Under the pieces are notes generated by a model. That model was not told the DNA's origin. It worked only from the letters and a program-made list of their open reading frames with translations, and did not search any database. Position numbers and translations under genes: made by a program. Below, piece after piece: positions 17,090 through 24,784 of a DNA stretch of 24,784 nucleotides. The stretch is from an uncultured Phycisphaerales bacterium (GTDB lineage: Bacteria; Planctomycetota; Phycisphaerae; Phycisphaerales; SM1A02): positions 1-24,784 of the forward strand of contig CALKEP010000078.1 in the NCBI GenBank assembly GCA_938084645.1. The letters are read 5' to 3'. Numbering within the stretch: the stretch's first letter is position 1; each line of letters opens with the position of its first letter.

Positions 17090-18397
17090 ATGAGCGATAC
17101 CCAGACCGTGTCGACCTCCGTCGTCGACCAGGACCCCATCAGCCGCAGTGTCGTGGACCTGATCCGCGCCGCGGATCCCGAGGTCGCCGACGTCCTCGTC
17201 GCCGAGGCGGATCGCCAGGGCTCGACCCTGGAACTGATCGCCAGCGAGAACCACGTCAGCGCCGCGGTGATGCACGCCGCGGGCACCTGGATGACCAACA
17301 AGTACGCCGAGGGCTACCCGGGCAAGCGGTACTACGGCGGTTGCGAGTTCCACGACGTCGCCGAGGACCTCGCCCGTGATCGGGCGAAGAAGCTCTTCGG
17401 CTGCGGGTTCGCGAACGTGCAGCCGCACTGCGGTGCGAACGCGAACATCGCCGCGTTCATGGCCCTGCTCAAGCCGGGTGACACCGTGCTCAGCCTTCCG
17501 ATCAGTTCGGGCGGCCACCTGAGTCACGGTCTCAAGCCGAACTTCAGCGGCACGTACTTCAACATCGTCGACTACGACCTCGACCCCGAGACCGAGCTGC
17601 TCGACTACGACGCGATCGCCGCGATCGCTCGCGAGTGCAAGCCGCAGCTGATCATCTGCGGATACTCCGCGTACTCCCGGGTCATCGACTTCGCTCGATT
17701 CCGCGAGATCGCCGACGAGGTCGGGGCCTACCTCATGGCCGACATCGCCCACATCGCCGGGCTCGTCGCGGCGGGGGTGCACCCGTCGCCCTTCCCGCAC
17801 GCCCACGTCGTCACCACCACCACCCACAAGACCCTGCGTGGTCCCCGTGGCGGGCTCGCGCTCTCCGACGATCCCGAGATCGCGAAGAAGATCGATCGGA
17901 AGGTCTTTCCCGGCAGCCAGGGCGGCCCGCTCATGCACGCGATCACCGCGAAGGCGATCGCGTTCGGCGAGGCGTTGCAGCCGGAGTTCAAGGCCTACTC
18001 CGCCCAGGTCGTCGCGAACGCGAAGGCCCTTGCGGAAGCCCTCGTCGGTCACGGCTACCGGCTCTGCTCGGGTGGCACCGACAACCATCTGATGCTCGTC
18101 GACCTTCGCCCGCGCGACGCCGAACTCACCGGCGCGGACGCCGAGAAGTGGCTCGAGACCGCGGGGATCATCGTCAACAAGAACGGCATCCCCAACGATC
18201 CGCGATCACCGATGGTGACCAGCGGTCTTCGGTTGGGCACGCCTGCGCTCACCACCCGTGGCTTGAAGGAGCCCGAGATGGTCCAGGTCGCGGCGTGGCT
18301 CGATCGCGTCATGACCTCCGGCGGAGATCCAGCGACCTGCAGCGAGGTTCGTGAGGAGATCCGCCGCTTCTGCGAACGCTTCCCGCTGCCGCACTGA
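17090..18397 (+). CDS. glyA: Serine hydroxymethyltransferase
   Basis: [35 protein letters not shown] Lys in [21 protein letters not shown] and SGGTDNHL. Confidence 0.98.
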   Translation: MSDTQTVSTSVVDQDPISRSVVDLIRAADPEVADVLVAEADRQGSTLELIASENHVSAAVMHAAGTWMTNKYAEGYPGKRYYGGCEFHDVAEDLARDRAKKLFGCGFANVQPHCGANANIAAFMALLKPGDTVLSLPISSGGHLSHGLKPNFSGTYFNIVDYDLDPETELLDYDAIAAIARECKPQLIICGYSAYSRVIDFARFREIADEVGAYLMADIAHIAGLVAAGVHPSPFPHAHVVTTTTHKTLRGPRGGLALSDDPEIAKKIDRKVFPGSQGGPLMHAITAKAIAFGEALQPEFKAYSAQVVANAKALAEALVGHGYRLCSGGTDNHLMLVDLRPRDAELTGADAEKWLETAGIIVNKNGIPNDPRSPMVTSGLRLGTPALTTRGLKEPEMVQVAAWLDRVMTSGGDPATCSEVREEIRRFCERFPLPH

Positions 18398-18418
18398 TCG
18401 ACCGCCTGGAGATCCCGC

Positions 18419-20062
18419 ATGGTGCTTCTGGACTCGCTTGCGTTCGTCGTGGCCGCCACCGCGCTCGCTTGCGACGGAGCGCCGCGCGACCCGGACGACC
18501 GTCCCAACTTCGTGCTGGTGATGGCCGACGACATGGGATACTCGGACATCGGCTGTTTCGGTGGCGAGATCCGCACCCCGAACCTCGATCGCCTCGCCGC
18601 GAACGGCCTTCGGTTCACCAGCTTCTACAACACCGCCCGCTGTTGTCCGACCCGGGCGGCGCTTCTGACCGGCCGCTACGCGCATCAGGCCGGCGTCGGG
18701 CACATGGTCGACGACCGCGGATCGCCGGGCTATCGCGGCGAACTCGCCCGCGACAGCGCCACCATGGCGGAGTCGCTCGGCGCCGCGGGGTACGCCACCG
18801 GCATGAGCGGAAAGTGGCACGTGACGCACAACCTCGGGAAGCCGCGCGAATCGGTCGAGCCCGAGATCCGCACGAACTGGCCGGTCGACCGGGGCTTCGA
18901 GTCCTTCTACGGCACCATTCACGGCGCCGGGAGTTTCTACGATCCGGTCACCCTCGCCCGGGGTGAGGACTACATCGAGCGGGACCGCGAGGACTTCCAC
19001 TACACCGACCGCATCAACGAGGAGGCGGCCGACTACATCCGGCGTCACGCGGCCTCCGGCGATGATCGGCCGTTCCTGCTCTACGTCGCGCACACCGCCC
19101 CGCACTGGCCGCTTCACGCCCGGCCCGCGGACATCGAGGCGTGCGCCGGCCGTTACGACGACGGGTGGGACGCGATGCGCGAGACCCGACACGCGCGGAT
19201 GAAGGCGATGGGGATCGTCGACGCGGACTGGCCGATCACGCCGCGGGACGGCCGGGTGAAGCCGTGGGAGGAGGTGACGCATCCCGAGTGGCAGGCGCGA
19301 CGGATGGAGGTCTACGCGGCGCAGGTCGAGCAGCTTGATCGTGGGCTCGGGCTCGTGGTCGACGCGTTGCGGGAGACGGGGGCCTACGAGAACACGGTCT
19401 TCGTGTTCATCGCCGACAACGGCGGCTGCGCCGAGGAGATCACCTCGCGGTGGGGAAGCCTGAGCATTCCCGAGAAGACCCACGACGGTCGCCCGGTCGC
19501 GCGGGGAAACGACCCGCAGGTCATGCCCGGCGACGACGAGAGCTACCAGAGCTACGGCGTGCCCTGGGCCAACGCCTCGAACACGCCGTTCCGGCTCTAC
19601 AAGCATCACGTCCACGAAGGCGGGATCGCGAGTCCGTGCATCGTCCACTGGCCCGCCGGCATCGAGGCCCGCGGCGAACTCCGCACCACGCCGGGACACG
19701 TGATCGATCTGCTCCCGACGTTCCTCGACCTCGCCGGGGCGGAGGCACCGCGGGAGATCGACGGTCGGTCGGTCGAGGCGGTCGAAGGGGTCAGTCTCGC
19801 GCCGGCCTTCGGCGGCGGGGTGGTGGATCGCGAGGCGATCTACTGGGAACACGAGGGGAACCGTGCCGTGCGATGCGGCCGCTGGAAGCTCGTCTCTCGC
19901 CATCGCGGTCCGTGGGAGCTCTACGACCTGATCGCGGATCGAACCGAGACCCGGAATCTCGCGGCCGAGGAACCCGCTCGCGTCGTGGCGATGATGGCGA
20001 TGTACGACGCGTGGGCCGAGCGGTGCGGGGTTCGTCCGTGGCCGCTCAAGCGTGGCCAGTGA
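18419..20062 (+). CDS. Arylsulfatase (Cys-type formylglycine sulfatase)
   Basis: RPNFVLVMADDMG, CCPTRAALLTG (CxPxR), GKWH, APHWPLH, DNG, HEGGI and WELYDL; hydrophobic N-terminus. Confidence 0.95.
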   Translation: MVLLDSLAFVVAATALACDGAPRDPDDRPNFVLVMADDMGYSDIGCFGGEIRTPNLDRLAANGLRFTSFYNTARCCPTRAALLTGRYAHQAGVGHMVDDRGSPGYRGELARDSATMAESLGAAGYATGMSGKWHVTHNLGKPRESVEPEIRTNWPVDRGFESFYGTIHGAGSFYDPVTLARGEDYIERDREDFHYTDRINEEAADYIRRHAASGDDRPFLLYVAHTAPHWPLHARPADIEACAGRYDDGWDAMRETRHARMKAMGIVDADWPITPRDGRVKPWEEVTHPEWQARRMEVYAAQVEQLDRGLGLVVDALRETGAYENTVFVFIADNGGCAEEITSRWGSLSIPEKTHDGRPVARGNDPQVMPGDDESYQSYGVPWANASNTPFRLYKHHVHEGGIASPCIVHWPAGIEARGELRTTPGHVIDLLPTFLDLAGAEAPREIDGRSVEAVEGVSLAPAFGGGVVDREAIYWEHEGNRAVRCGRWKLVSRHRGPWELYDLIADRTETRNLAAEEPARVVAMMAMYDAWAERCGVRPWPLKRGQ

Positions 20063-20081
20063 CCGACATTTGATCCGCTCG

Positions 20082-20130
20082 CGTCCTTGAAGCGAAGGAC
20101 GACCGGGAATGACGACGGCCGTCATCATTC
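20082..20130. terminator. Tandem hairpins between the convergent sulfatase and TPR genes
   Basis: CGTCCTT-gaagcg-AAGGACG (20082-20101) and the near-palindrome GAATGACGACGGCCGTCATCATTC (20107-20130), followed by GTTTC. Confidence 0.5.
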
Positions 20131-20145
20131 GTTTCGCGGGACGAT

Positions 20146-21804
20146 TCAGCGGGACGCGACCGGCGTTCCGCAGTAGCACGACGCCGGCGGCATGACGTCC
20201 GCGCTCTTCCAGGCGCGGCGGAACGACTGATCGACCCGCATCGCCTCGTCGTCGCGGCCCTGGCCGCGAAGCGCTTCGCGAAGTCCGAGCAGCGCCCAGC
20301 CGTTCGCGGGATACACCTCGAGGTCACGGAGGTAGACCTTCTCGGCATCGCCGTACCGGCCTTCCGAGACCAGCAGGGCGCCGTAGGCGTGACGGGCGGG
20401 CATCATCCACGGCGCAGGTTCCGCGTAGACGATCACCTCCTCGGCGGCGCAGGCCTGCTTCAGCAGATCGAGCCCGACGTCCGTGTTTCCGGCCTTGTAT
20501 TCGATCTCGCCGCGGAGCACGAGTCGGGCGAGCGGCATGATCTCGACCGCGGGCTGGTTGCCGAGGAATCGCTCGAGTCCGTCGAGATCCTTCACCGCTT
20601 CGTCGAACGCGACGACTTCGGCTCGAGCCTCGTCGATCCGGCCGGTGTTGGCGAAGGCGACGCCGCGGGCGTAGTGCCGCAGGCAGTGGTTGACCTTCGC
20701 CCACTCCGGATCGGCGGGTTCGGAGAGGATGTCCTCCCACATGCCGAAGCGGACGAGGGCGTGCCACTTGCATGCCGCGATGCCGTCGGTGGCCATCGCG
20801 AGCGCTTCCATGAGCGGGGGCGGAACCTCCGTCCAGATCGCCTTCGCCGAGGTGATCGCCTCGCGGCGACGGCCCTGCATGCTCGCGGCCCAGGTCAGGA
20901 AGTGTCGGTTGTGCGACATGTAGATGCGGTACTCGCCCGCGTTCGGATCGCCTTCGAACCACTGGTCGTCGAGGGCGGCCGCCCGTCGGTTGCATTCCGC
21001 GGCGTCGTCGTAGCGACCGGTCTGCATCCAGATGTGGGACGGCATGTGCACGAGATGGCCGGAGGCGGGAATGAGGTCGATCAGGCGATCGGCGGCCGGC
21101 TCCGCGAGTTCGGGCCACGGTGACGCTTCCATCGCGTGGATGTAGAGATGGTTGGCGCCGGGGTGCTGCGGGTCCTGACGCATCACGCCTTCGAGGATCG
21201 CCCGGAATTCCGGGGTGCGGTCGAGCGGCTGGCCGTCGAGGCTCCAGTACGCCCAGGGCTGGAGGGTGATCATCGCCTCCGCGGTCCAGGTCTGGATGTC
21301 CGGGTCGAACGGAAAGGCTTCGGCGACCTTCCGCATCTCGGCGAGATAGGCCTCGTTCTGCTCGGTGAGATCCTCGGGCATCGGATACTCGTACCGCGAC
21401 ACCAGCGCTTCGATCAACGCCTGATTCGCGTCGCTTTCGCGAGCCCGGAGATCGAAGGCCTTCTTCGCGGCGGCGTGGGACCACTGGTCCTTGGGCGGGA
21501 TGATCGCGGGGTTGTTCTGGTTGGGGCCCGACGCGTAGGCGATGCCCCACCAGGCCATCGCGAAGTCGGGGTCGTGGCGGGTCGCCTCCATGAAGGAGGC
21601 GATCGCCCCATCGAAGTTGTAGCCGTTCATCAGGGCGAGGCCCTGGTCGAACCAGCGTCGCGCCTGCTCGGACTCGGTCGCGACCGGGCGTCGGTGGGCG
21701 CCGAGCCGTTCGAGGATCATCGGCGGGGCGGGCATGCTCGCGTCCGGAAGCGCCGGGGGCGCTGAAGCGACGGGCCGGGCCAGGGTGAGTGCGGCGAGCA
21801 GCAT
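20146..21804 (-). CDS. Secreted TPR-repeat protein with His-rich motifs
   Basis: Signal-like start; ARRWFDQGL, DPDFAMAWWGIAYASGPN, HPGANHLYIH, GHLVHMPSHI and PANGWALLGL; SD GGAG. Confidence 0.85.
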   Translation of the reverse strand: MLLAALTLARPVASAPPALPDASMPAPPMILERLGAHRRPVATESEQARRWFDQGLALMNGYNFDGAIASFMEATRHDPDFAMAWWGIAYASGPNQNNPAIIPPKDQWSHAAAKKAFDLRARESDANQALIEALVSRYEYPMPEDLTEQNEAYLAEMRKVAEAFPFDPDIQTWTAEAMITLQPWAYWSLDGQPLDRTPEFRAILEGVMRQDPQHPGANHLYIHAMEASPWPELAEPAADRLIDLIPASGHLVHMPSHIWMQTGRYDDAAECNRRAAALDDQWFEGDPNAGEYRIYMSHNRHFLTWAASMQGRRREAITSAKAIWTEVPPPLMEALAMATDGIAACKWHALVRFGMWEDILSEPADPEWAKVNHCLRHYARGVAFANTGRIDEARAEVVAFDEAVKDLDGLERFLGNQPAVEIMPLARLVLRGEIEYKAGNTDVGLDLLKQACAAEEVIVYAEPAPWMMPARHAYGALLVSEGRYGDAEKVYLRDLEVYPANGWALLGLREALRGQGRDDEAMRVDQSFRRAWKSADVMPPASCYCGTPVASR

Positions 21805-21991
21805 CTTTCAATCTCCGGGTTGGGGTGGACGCGAGCACGCGATCCTACTGGATCGCAACCCGCATCCGTGCTGGCGAGCACGAACTTCGAAATGCAATCC
21901 GCGAGTTCCGGTGGCCAAACGGTCGATGATTCCGGTGCTGGTCGGTCGGCCGTCGTCGACCGCGATCGACGATTCCCCCCGGACCTCCGTC

Positions 21992-22489
21992 ATGACCTCG
22001 GATTCGATCTTCGAACAGGAACGCCTCGCGACTCCGCCGGACCTCGAGTTCGATGCGTCGCGGGCGATCGCGGTGGTGGTGGGGGCGCATCCTCGGGCGG
22101 AGATCACGGATCGCCCGTGGGCGAACCTGCTGGTCCGTCGGATGCGATCGATCCTCGCCGACCGCGGGTTCGCGATGGACCGCGGTGGTCCGATCCCGCT
22201 CGTGGTGACCGACGTCTGGTTCCTGAATGACGACGTGCTTCGTCGGCAACCCACCGTGGCGATCGGGGATCCCGCGGTGAACGCCGCGAGCGCCTTCTTC
22301 GCGAACCGGCTTCCGTGCGCGTATGCGATCGAGAACGCCTGCCAGCTCCTGCTGGATCCGGAGTTGCTCGAACCACGGGCCTGCCTGTGGGGCATCGATG
22401 ACGAGAGCCTGAAGCTGGCCATGGAGCGATTCGAAACGAAGTGGATCGAGCCGTTCCTCGACGCCTCGGAACACGTCATCGAGGGCTGA
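21992..22489 (+). CDS. Hypothetical protein
   Basis: Coding-like codon usage from MTSDSIFEQ; VVVGAHPRAEITDRP, VVTDVWFLN and AIGDPAVNA. Start is uncertain. Confidence 0.7.
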   Translation: MTSDSIFEQERLATPPDLEFDASRAIAVVVGAHPRAEITDRPWANLLVRRMRSILADRGFAMDRGGPIPLVVTDVWFLNDDVLRRQPTVAIGDPAVNAASAFFANRLPCAYAIENACQLLLDPELLEPRACLWGIDDESLKLAMERFETKWIEPFLDASEHVIEG

Positions 22490-22538
22490 TCGCCGGACCG
22501 TGCGTCCTCGGGTGCGAACGGCGACGTCGGGCCGGCGT

Positions 22539-23624
22539 TCAGAGCGCCGCGAGCCGCCGTGCGGTCTCCTCTCGGCGGAGCGCGTCGACCAGCGGCTGGA
22601 GATCGCCGCCGAGCAGTCCTCCGAGATTGACGCTTTCGCCGATCCGATGGTCGACCGCGATGTTCTCCTTCGCGCGGTAGGTCCGGATCTTCTCGGCCCG
22701 GTTTCCGGTGCCGATCATCGAGTTGCGTTCCGCGGATCGTGCGGCGTCCCGTTCGGCCTTCTGGCGTTCGAAGAGCCTCGCCTTCAGCAGGGTCCACGCC
22801 TTCTCCCGGTTCTGGGCCTGGCTCTTGGTCTCCTGCATCCGGACCTCGATGCCCGTGGGTTCGTGGATCAGGTGGACCGCGGTCGCGACCTTGTTCACGT
22901 TCTGCCCGCCGGGTCCTTGCGCCGTGGTGATCGATTCCTTCACGTCCGCGGTGTCCAGTTCGACATCGACCGCTTCAGGTTCGGCCAGCACCGCGACGGT
23001 GGCGGTGGAGGTGTGCACCCGACCCTGGGTCTCGGTGGCGGGCACCCGCTTGACCTGGTGGGTTCCGCCTTCGAAGGCGAGGTCCGACCAGACGCCGTCT
23101 CCGGCGACCTGGATCACCGCCGCCTTGATCCCGCCGGCATCACCGGACGAGAGTTCGAGGTCCTCGAATCGCCAGCCCCGGTTCTGGGCGAATCGCCGGT
23201 ACATCTCGAGCAGGTCGCCCGCCCAGAGACCGGCTTCGTCGCCGCCCACGCCCGCCCGGATTTCGAGGATCACGGAGCCGACCGCGCGGTCATCGGCGCT
23301 GACCAGCTCGGCCTGGATCGACTCCGCGAGCGACGCCATGGTCGATTCCAGCCGGGGGATCTCATCACGAGCGAGGGCGACCAGTTCGGGATCCTCGCCG
23401 GCCGAGATCGCGGCGACGTACTCGGTGTGTTCGGCCCGTGCGGCATCGAATGCCGCGAGGCCGTCGACGACCGAAGCGAGGGCTTTGCGCTTGGCGGAGA
23501 TGCGAGCCACCTCCCGGTGGTCGCAGAGGACTTCGGGATCTTCGAGTCGCCGACCCAGATCCTGATACTGATCCCGAAGCTCTTCGAGTTTCGATCGGAG
23601 GTTGTCGGGGAGGTTCGTGGCCAT
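22539..23624 (-). CDS. prfA: Peptide chain release factor 1 (divergent)
   Basis: LEIRAGVGGDEA, PxT anticodon-mimic RVPATETQGRVHTS, catalytic GPGGQNVN, IRTY and DHRI; lies downstream of rpmE. Confidence 0.93.
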   Translation of the reverse strand: MATNLPDNLRSKLEELRDQYQDLGRRLEDPEVLCDHREVARISAKRKALASVVDGLAAFDAARAEHTEYVAAISAGEDPELVALARDEIPRLESTMASLAESIQAELVSADDRAVGSVILEIRAGVGGDEAGLWAGDLLEMYRRFAQNRGWRFEDLELSSGDAGGIKAAVIQVAGDGVWSDLAFEGGTHQVKRVPATETQGRVHTSTATVAVLAEPEAVDVELDTADVKESITTAQGPGGQNVNKVATAVHLIHEPTGIEVRMQETKSQAQNREKAWTLLKARLFERQKAERDAARSAERNSMIGTGNRAEKIRTYRAKENIAVDHRIGESVNLGGLLGGDLQPLVDALRREETARRLAAL

Positions 23625-23676
23625 GCGTTCCGCGCCTCTTCAACCGGGGTGTGCTCGACGGGCTGCGGTCATTACG

Positions 23677-23712
23677 AAAAGGCCCGTCGCCGCATTCATG
23701 CGGCACGGGCCT
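23677..23712 (-). terminator. Intrinsic terminator/attenuator between rpmE and prfA
   Basis: Minus strand AGGCCCGT-GCCGCA-tgaa-TGCGGC-g-ACGGGCCT-TTTCGTAAT: a 14-bp stem with one bulge, followed by a short U-tract. Confidence 0.75.
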
Positions 23713-23766
23713 CGGTGGGTTCGGGGATGGACGGCGACGCGGGAGGGGACCGATCCCCTCCGCGAG

Positions 23767-23994
23767 CTAGTCCTTCTTCTTCTTGTCGAAGTAGTTGCCG
23801 GCGAACTTGCGCTGGAACTTCTCGACTCGGCCGGCGGTGTCGACGAACGCGCTCTTGCCGGTGTAGAAGGGGTGCGAGCCGGACCACACTTCGACGTGCA
23901 TCTCCGGAACCGTGGCGCCGACCGTCATGACGACGTCGCCTCGGAAGTAGACCTTGCACTCGGGGTGGTACTCGGGGTGGATCTTGTCCTTCAC
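23767..23994 (-). CDS. rpmE: 50S ribosomal protein L31 (short form lacking the Zn-binding cysteines)
   Basis: MKDKIHPEY...[13 protein letters not shown]...[17 protein letters not shown] at 23994 follows GGAG; TAG stop. Confidence 0.95.
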   Translation of the reverse strand: MKDKIHPEYHPECKVYFRGDVVMTVGATVPEMHVEVWSGSHPFYTGKSAFVDTAGRVEKFQRKFAGNYFDKKKKD

Positions 23995-24074
23995 GGGACG
24001 CTCCAGGGGCTCGGGGAGGGGACGGCCGAAGCCGTCGGAATGGTCGGGGAGCGGAACGCTCCGGAGAATCGAGA

Positions 24075-24080
24075 AGTATA
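24075..24080 (-). promoter_or_regulatory. -10 element for rpmE(-prfA)
   Basis: TATACT on the minus strand, about 80 nt upstream of the GTG start. Confidence 0.55.
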
Positions 24081-24198
24081 CCGAGCGGCCGATTCCGAGC
24101 AAGCGGTGGGAGCCGGAAAACCGGTCCTGAATCGAGGATCCGACGGGGTGGAATCGGCTCTGGGGGCTCAAAATCCGCAATCCACTCAAGCATGGGCC

Positions 24199-24226
24199 TT
24201 GACGCAGCCGATCGTCCCGATACGCT
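24199..24226 (+). promoter_or_regulatory. Sigma70-type promoter for tRNA-Asn
   Basis: TTGACG-N16-TACGCT, ending 13 nt before the tRNA. Confidence 0.55.
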
Positions 24227-24236
24227 TACGCGTCTT

Positions 24237-24312
<76 letters not shown>

Positions 24313-24390
24313 TTTCCGACTTCAAGCGAAGTCGACTCCAGAAAACCGGTCTGACGGGCCAGCAAGCCCGACCGCACTCGGCGGTCATTG

Positions 24391-24423
24391 AGAACGCCGC
24401 ACCCATGATGGATGCGGCGTTCT
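24391..24423. terminator. Hairpin between the tRNA and the convergent CDS (probable terminator)
   Basis: AGAACGCCGCA-cccatgatgga-TGCGGCGTTCT, an 11-bp perfect stem. Confidence 0.55.
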
Positions 24424-24477
24424 GGAATCGTGATCGTCTTCAGCGGTCTCGCGCGAAGTCGATCGATCGCGCTGGCG

Positions 24478-24783
24478 TTACGGCGCCCAGGTCGCGTCGG
24501 TCGCTCCGCCGAAGTGGTCGAGGATCAACCCGAGATCCGCCCCGTTCACCTCGCCGTCCCGGTTGATGTCCGCGTTCAGCACCGAACTCGCGCTCCAGCG
24601 CGAAAGCAGGTACCCGAGATCACCGGCGTCGATGGCCAGATCGAAGTTCACGTCGCCCTCGTTGCAGTTCAGGAGCAGCAGGTTCCCGCTGCTCGAACCG
24701 TCGATCGCGTCGCCAGCGACGTTCCGATTTCCCGTGCCCGACGTGTTGCCGCAGAAGTTGCAGTCGGTCAGGGTCGGGCTGCT
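24478..24783 (-). CDS. C-terminal part of a secreted protein with dockerin-like (EF-hand-type) repeats, 5'-partial
   Basis: Not in the ORF track. Manual translation gives SSPTLTDCNFCGN...EGDVNFDLAIDAGDLGYLLSRW...ADINRDGEVNGADLGLILDHFG...TWAP, with TAA at 24478-24480. Confidence 0.85.
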   Translation of the reverse strand, partial: SSPTLTDCNFCGNTSGTGNRNVAGDAIDGSSSGNLLLLNCNEGDVNFDLAIDAGDLGYLLSRWSASSVLNADINRDGEVNGADLGLILDHFGGATDATWAP

Positions 24784-24784
24784 G

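Noticed and set aside
18419..18480. Lipoprotein signal in the sulfatase (ALAC)
   Set aside because: The lipobox is imperfect and there is no basic n-region, so it cannot be supported without a predictor.
23738..23769. UAG plus hairpin as a pyrrolysine-insertion signal
   Set aside because: L31 is complete at the UAG, the extension is not protein-like, and there are no pyl genes or tRNA-CUA in the window.
18206..23930. ORFs of 657, 504 and 476 aa overlapping the sulfatase, TPR and prfA genes
   Set aside because: They are alternative-frame or antisense shadows without domain signatures.
24313..24784. Genomic island integrated at tRNA-Asn
   Set aside because: No integrase, att duplication or evident compositional shift; the next gene is a typical dockerin-like host gene.

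Overview
GC-rich (roughly 68-70% by eye) bacterial chromosomal window, most likely Planctomycetota/Phycisphaerales. That assignment is inferred from a VPG-type exosortase tail, a CxxCGYDL zinc-ribbon membrane protein, a dockerin-like C-terminus and an HU with a Lys-rich N-tail. It holds 22 supportable CDS: a partial PEP-CTERM-like protein, an RmlC-like cupin, a GT2, hutU, hutH, two membrane proteins, a PfkB kinase, an S9/DPP-IV peptidase, murQ, HU, a tandem-FHA protein, ugd, ogt, a Zn-ribbon membrane protein, glyA, a sulfatase, a TPR protein, a hypothetical, prfA, rpmE and a partial dockerin-like protein. It also holds tRNA-Asn(GTT). I saw no mobile element, CRISPR array or rRNA. The most interesting signal is at rpmE-prfA. 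rpmE has the only UAG stop in the window (20 of 22 stops are UGA). It is followed by a hairpin, a competing pairing segment and an intrinsic terminator before prfA, and its read-through frame stays open across all of them. This suggests RF1 autoregulation by UAG-readthrough attenuation. The RF1 itself carries a Q->K change at the residue that reads the third stop base. Other signals are a recurrent TANNNT-N6/8-ATG leaderless-gene architecture, a switch-like rpmE leader and a structured HU leader with phased A-tracts.
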